This document shows, piece after piece, positions 60,402 to 64,000 of a stretch of 64,000 nucleotides of DNA. The translations under genes were made by a program, and so were the position numbers. Under the pieces are notes generated by a model. That model was given only the letters and a program-made list of their open reading frames with translations, made no database searches and was not told the DNA's origin. The DNA is from Fimicolochytrium jonesii (Eukaryota), in assembly GCF_025526975.1 (NCBI RefSeq), contig NW_026515695.1, positions 248,001-312,000 on the forward strand, read 5' to 3'. Each line of letters starts with the position of its first letter. The stretch's first letter is position 1.

Positions 60402-63196
60402 CTACTCCGCCCCAGCATCCCAAAGCACCTCCCCCACCTCCCTCTCCTCCCTCGCCTCCTCCTGCCCCCTCTCCCGCTCCTCCCCAGCCCCACCCTCGCT
60501 CGGTCGCGCACGCTCAAACCCCACAGCATTAAGCACGGCGTGTATCCGGTCCCTGTAGTCGATATGGTAGTGGATGATACGTGACAGGTCGACGTTTTCG
60601 AGGGGGAGGGTGCGGTGGAGGGGGGGCCAGGGGAGGGATGAGTGGGTCGGTTCAAAAGCGGTGGATGGTTCTTTTGCGGTTGGTATGCTTGGTGAGAGGA
60701 GGATGTCGGAGAAAGTTGCAGAGTCGGGACGGGTGATATCCTGGGGCGGTTTCAATTCCTGGCCCACGAATGAGGAGACGAAGGGATCCGATGTGCTGGT
60801 GCTTGATACTTCCGCCTGCTGCCTTCCCGGCTCCGCCTCATCATCGTCCTCTTCCAAAAAATCCCGATCATCCGGGGACAAATCCGTCGGCAACACCGTC
60901 CGTAACTCAATCAACACCGGTCCAAGCCCCGCAACATCCGTCACATCCACCCCCGCCTGAACACCGGTATCCTCATTCGCATCCTCCGGCTGCGCCATCA
61001 ACGCGCGCAACTCCTTATCTTTCATGGAATACCCCACCACGAACCGGCCCGCGACAACCGTGCGTGCCAGACACCATTTATACGCGTTGGTCGAGGAGGC
61101 GTCGATAGGTGCGCCGAGGAGGAAGACCGAATCGACTATCCCGACCGCGCGGCGGTGGCCGAGTTCAACCAGGCATTCGAAAATCGTCAGTGCGCCGATG
61201 GACGTGCCTATAAGTGTCACAGGTCGCGAGCCGTGGGTTTTGGAAGCGAGAATGTAGGCGAGGTGCCGCCCGGCTTTGGGGGCGGTTTCGAGGGCGAGGA
61301 GCCAGGCGGTGTGTAGGCTGTATGAGAGGGATTGGGCAGAGTCGTGATGCGGTCGCCAGGGTTTCAGGTCGGTGTGTTCGATGAAATCCGGGTCAGGCTC
61401 GGTGGGTTGGTGGATATACTCCGCCTGCGTCTCCTCCGCCGGCTGACTACGTCGTCGTGCATGCGTATCCCGATGCGACTCCAGCATCCGTCCCAGATCC
61501 ACCGGGATCTCCGGCTCGCATATCACCGCCGTGACTTCCGAAAAGGGCGCAAAGACCGGGACAATCGACCACGGGTCATACAGATCTGATATATCCGCGC
61601 CCCACCCGGACACCGCAACAATGACATGCAACGCCGGGCTGTTCTTCGGTTGCGTGATGACGGGGTGGAACCTGAACTCTTTGATCCCGCTGTCTTGTGC
61701 AAGAGTGTAGGCGGTCAGGCCGCCGCCTACGACCCCGAACAAGGCCCCGACTCCTGTTGTTGTGACGCCGATGGTCAGGCCCATGCTTGCAAAGAGGGTT
61801 GCGAGGGAAGGCGCAATGTACGGCGCTGCTAAGCCGCCTGTAGCGCCTATCATCAACCCGGACGCGAGGGTTACTAACCCCATTTTCAGCCATCGGGAGG
61901 TTGGGGAGTCGTTTGATGTTGTGGATGTCACTGGCGAGTCCTCTTTCGGCGATATCTGTGAGTTCGGCGAGGTGGCGGCTTTCCACAGATCATGCGCGGC
62001 ATCTCGCTCCACTTCATGGGATAGTAGTCCCATGGCTTTATCGCCCATCGGCGCTATGGGTGCTGTTGGTGATGTTGGGGATGAATCTGCCGATGCGAGG
62101 TTGGATTCGGCTTTTTCGACCGCGCCAAAGATGATGTAGGATAGGCGGCGCATGACTGACCGCAGCCGTGCATCGTACGAGAGTCCCGTAGCCGGTTCAC
62201 CCGGTGTTGCCGCTGACCCGTCCATGCCTTGCTGCAATGCCGAGAAGATCAGATTGGTCAAGAGGGTATACGGTATGGTGTTTTGCGGCGCTGTAGGTGA
62301 TGGTGGAGCGTCAGACGCTGCGGATTTCACTACAACAAATAGGGTCAGCCATCGCATCGTGGCGACCATCTTCCCATAACGGAGTTTCCCATACCATGCG
62401 CCTCAATAACAATAACCAAATCCACAATCCCAACCCCCTTCTCCGGAAACTGCCTCACCGCAACCGCATCCCTCTCCTCCAGCCCATTCCCCGTCACCAA
62501 TGCCCTCAGCAGTCTATCCGACCACTGATCAAAGTCCGCCACAACCCGATCCAGCCGCCGCTTTCGCCGCTTTATTCGATGCAACTCATCAGTGATACTG
62601 ATCTCGGGCGTCGCATCTTCCGATAACGCGTCAGCGCCCTCCCCACTGTTCCTCCGGCTCGCGTACCGGCTGGGCGCTGTCGTTAGCGTGGCGGCTGTTG
62701 CGGCGGCTTGCAGTATGCTGCGGTCTTCGAGGAGGAGGAGCCAGACTATGCCAATGTACGCTAAGGTTAGATGCTTGGGGAACTTTGGGGCGGGCGGTTT
62801 CACTTGCAGGGGCGGAGGTGTTGGCGGCTGTTCCGTTGTTGGTGTGGTAGTCGGGGAGCCATTGTTGCTGGCGTCGCTGAGTTTCCGAGGCTGGCGTGGT
62901 GGGAGTTTGAGGAAGCTTCTGGTTGCTGAGAATTTCGTCGCGGGGTCAGTGGCAGAAGCGCCCATCCTGGCAGTACACCACACGGGGTCTCTAACTCTTA
63001 TAACAAAATGCAAGTTCGGGCCACTGCGGCGCTCCGAAATAGCATCGGAGGATAGCGGGGATGTATAGGTGCTTACACCTGCTGCTGTGGACGTGGGAAC
63101 TTGCACACCGCCAAGCCCTCCCAGGAAACGGCGCAACGTGAATGTCGAAGGTGAAGGTGCCGCTGGGGAAAACGTCAAATCGCGTGACACTCCCAT
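60402..63196 (-). CDS. DUF726/TMCO4 (Mil1-like) alpha/beta-hydrolase-fold membrane protein
   Basis: YDARLR, GATGGLAAP, HGSRPVTLIGTSIGA, VFLLGAP, RTVVAGRFVVGYS, ENVDLSRIIHYHIDY. Two ORFs joined by an intron at about 62393-62331. Start uncertain. Confidence 0.85.
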
Positions 63197-63480
63197 CGAC
63201 CTTACGGCAGCCCCGCTCGCGAACCCGGCGCGACGTGGAAGCCTTCGAGGTTGGGTAGCGCAGGTCTTCGCCAGGTTTTGCAGCAAGCACAGCTCAACGG
63301 TCAACCCGTAAGACTGGAAGATCCGGCATGTCTCTCCACCGCACTTAACGTTCATACCAATCGATTTACACATCCAAGAAACAAGGGACGATACAAAACG
63401 GCTAACACGACCATTTCCATCTGCGAAAGGATGAATTCTCAGAAAGCAATACTGCAGAAAGGCTGCAGCTTGGAACGGGT

Positions 63481-64000
63481 TCAGCGTAGGGTCCGCCAGA
63501 ATCTCGCGGGCAGCTTGGAAGTACCTAGTCCAACAGCATAAGGAGCGTTAGCAATCGATATATGTAAGTGAAATGCAGATGAGCGGTACGTTATGAGCGG
63601 TACGCAGATGAGCGGTATGTAAGTGAAATGCAGATGAGCGGTCTCCGGCTCTATCTCTTCCCATGGGCAATATCGAACTTCAATACCTTTTCTCTCATGG
63701 GTGGTGTAGCACGCAACTCGGCGGTATGCTCCCCGTGGGATGAGTATAGCGTATTGAGTGCCGTTCTCGTCCACTTCGAGCTCGATGTTATCATTCTCCA
63801 AACGCTTGCCATGAATGGCTTTGACCAGGTCGTGGTTGTAGAAGCTCGCATCGTTCATGACTTTTGTCATGTTGGAGAAGCAGGCTTCCGTACTCCGCAG
63901 GATTTGGATAAGTTTTTTGGGCTTTTTGATTCGACCGGTACGCGCCCCGGCGGATGAGCAATGGCCATGAATTGCCATCGATCGAGAAAATGCCTTCGAG
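63481..64000 (-). CDS. Partial hypothetical ORF running off the window edge
   Basis: Open frame of at least 165 aa whose 3' part runs through a local duplication. No family recognised. Confidence 0.35.
   Translation of the reverse strand, partial: SKAFSRSMAIHGHCSSAGARTGRIKKPKKLIQILRSTEACFSNMTKVMNDASFYNHDLVKAIHGKRLENDNIELEVDENGTQYAILIPRGAYRRVACYTTHERKGIEVRYCPWEEIEPETAHLHFTYIPLICVPLITYRSSAFHLHISIANAPYAVGLGTSKLPARFWRTLR
63561..63642. repeat. Complex local direct repeat
   Basis: 27-nt TATGTAAGTGAAATGCAGATGAGCGGT at 63561-63587 and 63616-63642; ATGAGCGGT occurs four times. Confidence 0.85.

Noticed and set aside
62331..62393. Programmed frameshift between the two overlapping DUF726 ORFs
   Set aside because: Explained by a canonical intron (GTATGG...GCTGAC...TAG).
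63561..63642. CRISPR-like repeat-spacer-repeat (27-nt repeats, 28-nt spacer)
   Set aside because: Only two copies, the spacer derives from the repeat itself, there are no cas genes, and the context is eukaryotic.

Overview
Eukaryotic, intron-rich genomic DNA with no prokaryotic features. Most introns are about 50-100 nt GT-AG with CTRAY-like branch points. The gene content (axonemal DRC7, SMG1 kinase, fungal-type Spd1/Dif1 and Ste18-like G-gamma) points to a flagellated early-diverging fungus, probably a chytrid (inference). About 25 protein-coding loci were reconstructed by hand-splicing. Recognisable ones: GIGYF/Smy2, an F-box/ankyrin-like protein, a Spd1/Dif1-like RNR regulator, RPS22/uS8, INO1, DRC7, exportin-4, RPL26, a LigB/MEMO-fold protein, an F-box protein, an Amun-like HhH protein, a 7TM protein, a HAD pseudouridine-5'-phosphatase, RidA, a BSD protein, SMG1, G-gamma, YKT6 and a DUF726/TMCO4 protein. 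A decayed FCP1/NIF-phosphatase pseudogene is also present. The G-gamma and Spd1-like genes are not recoverable from the ORF track. The most unexplained signal is a ~310-nt nested base-paired element at 12552-12862, head-to-head with RPS22, that I could not assign to a known RNA family. Long structured introns in both ribosomal-protein genes and in the INO1 leader are also notable. All family assignments come from motif recognition by eye; no database search was run.
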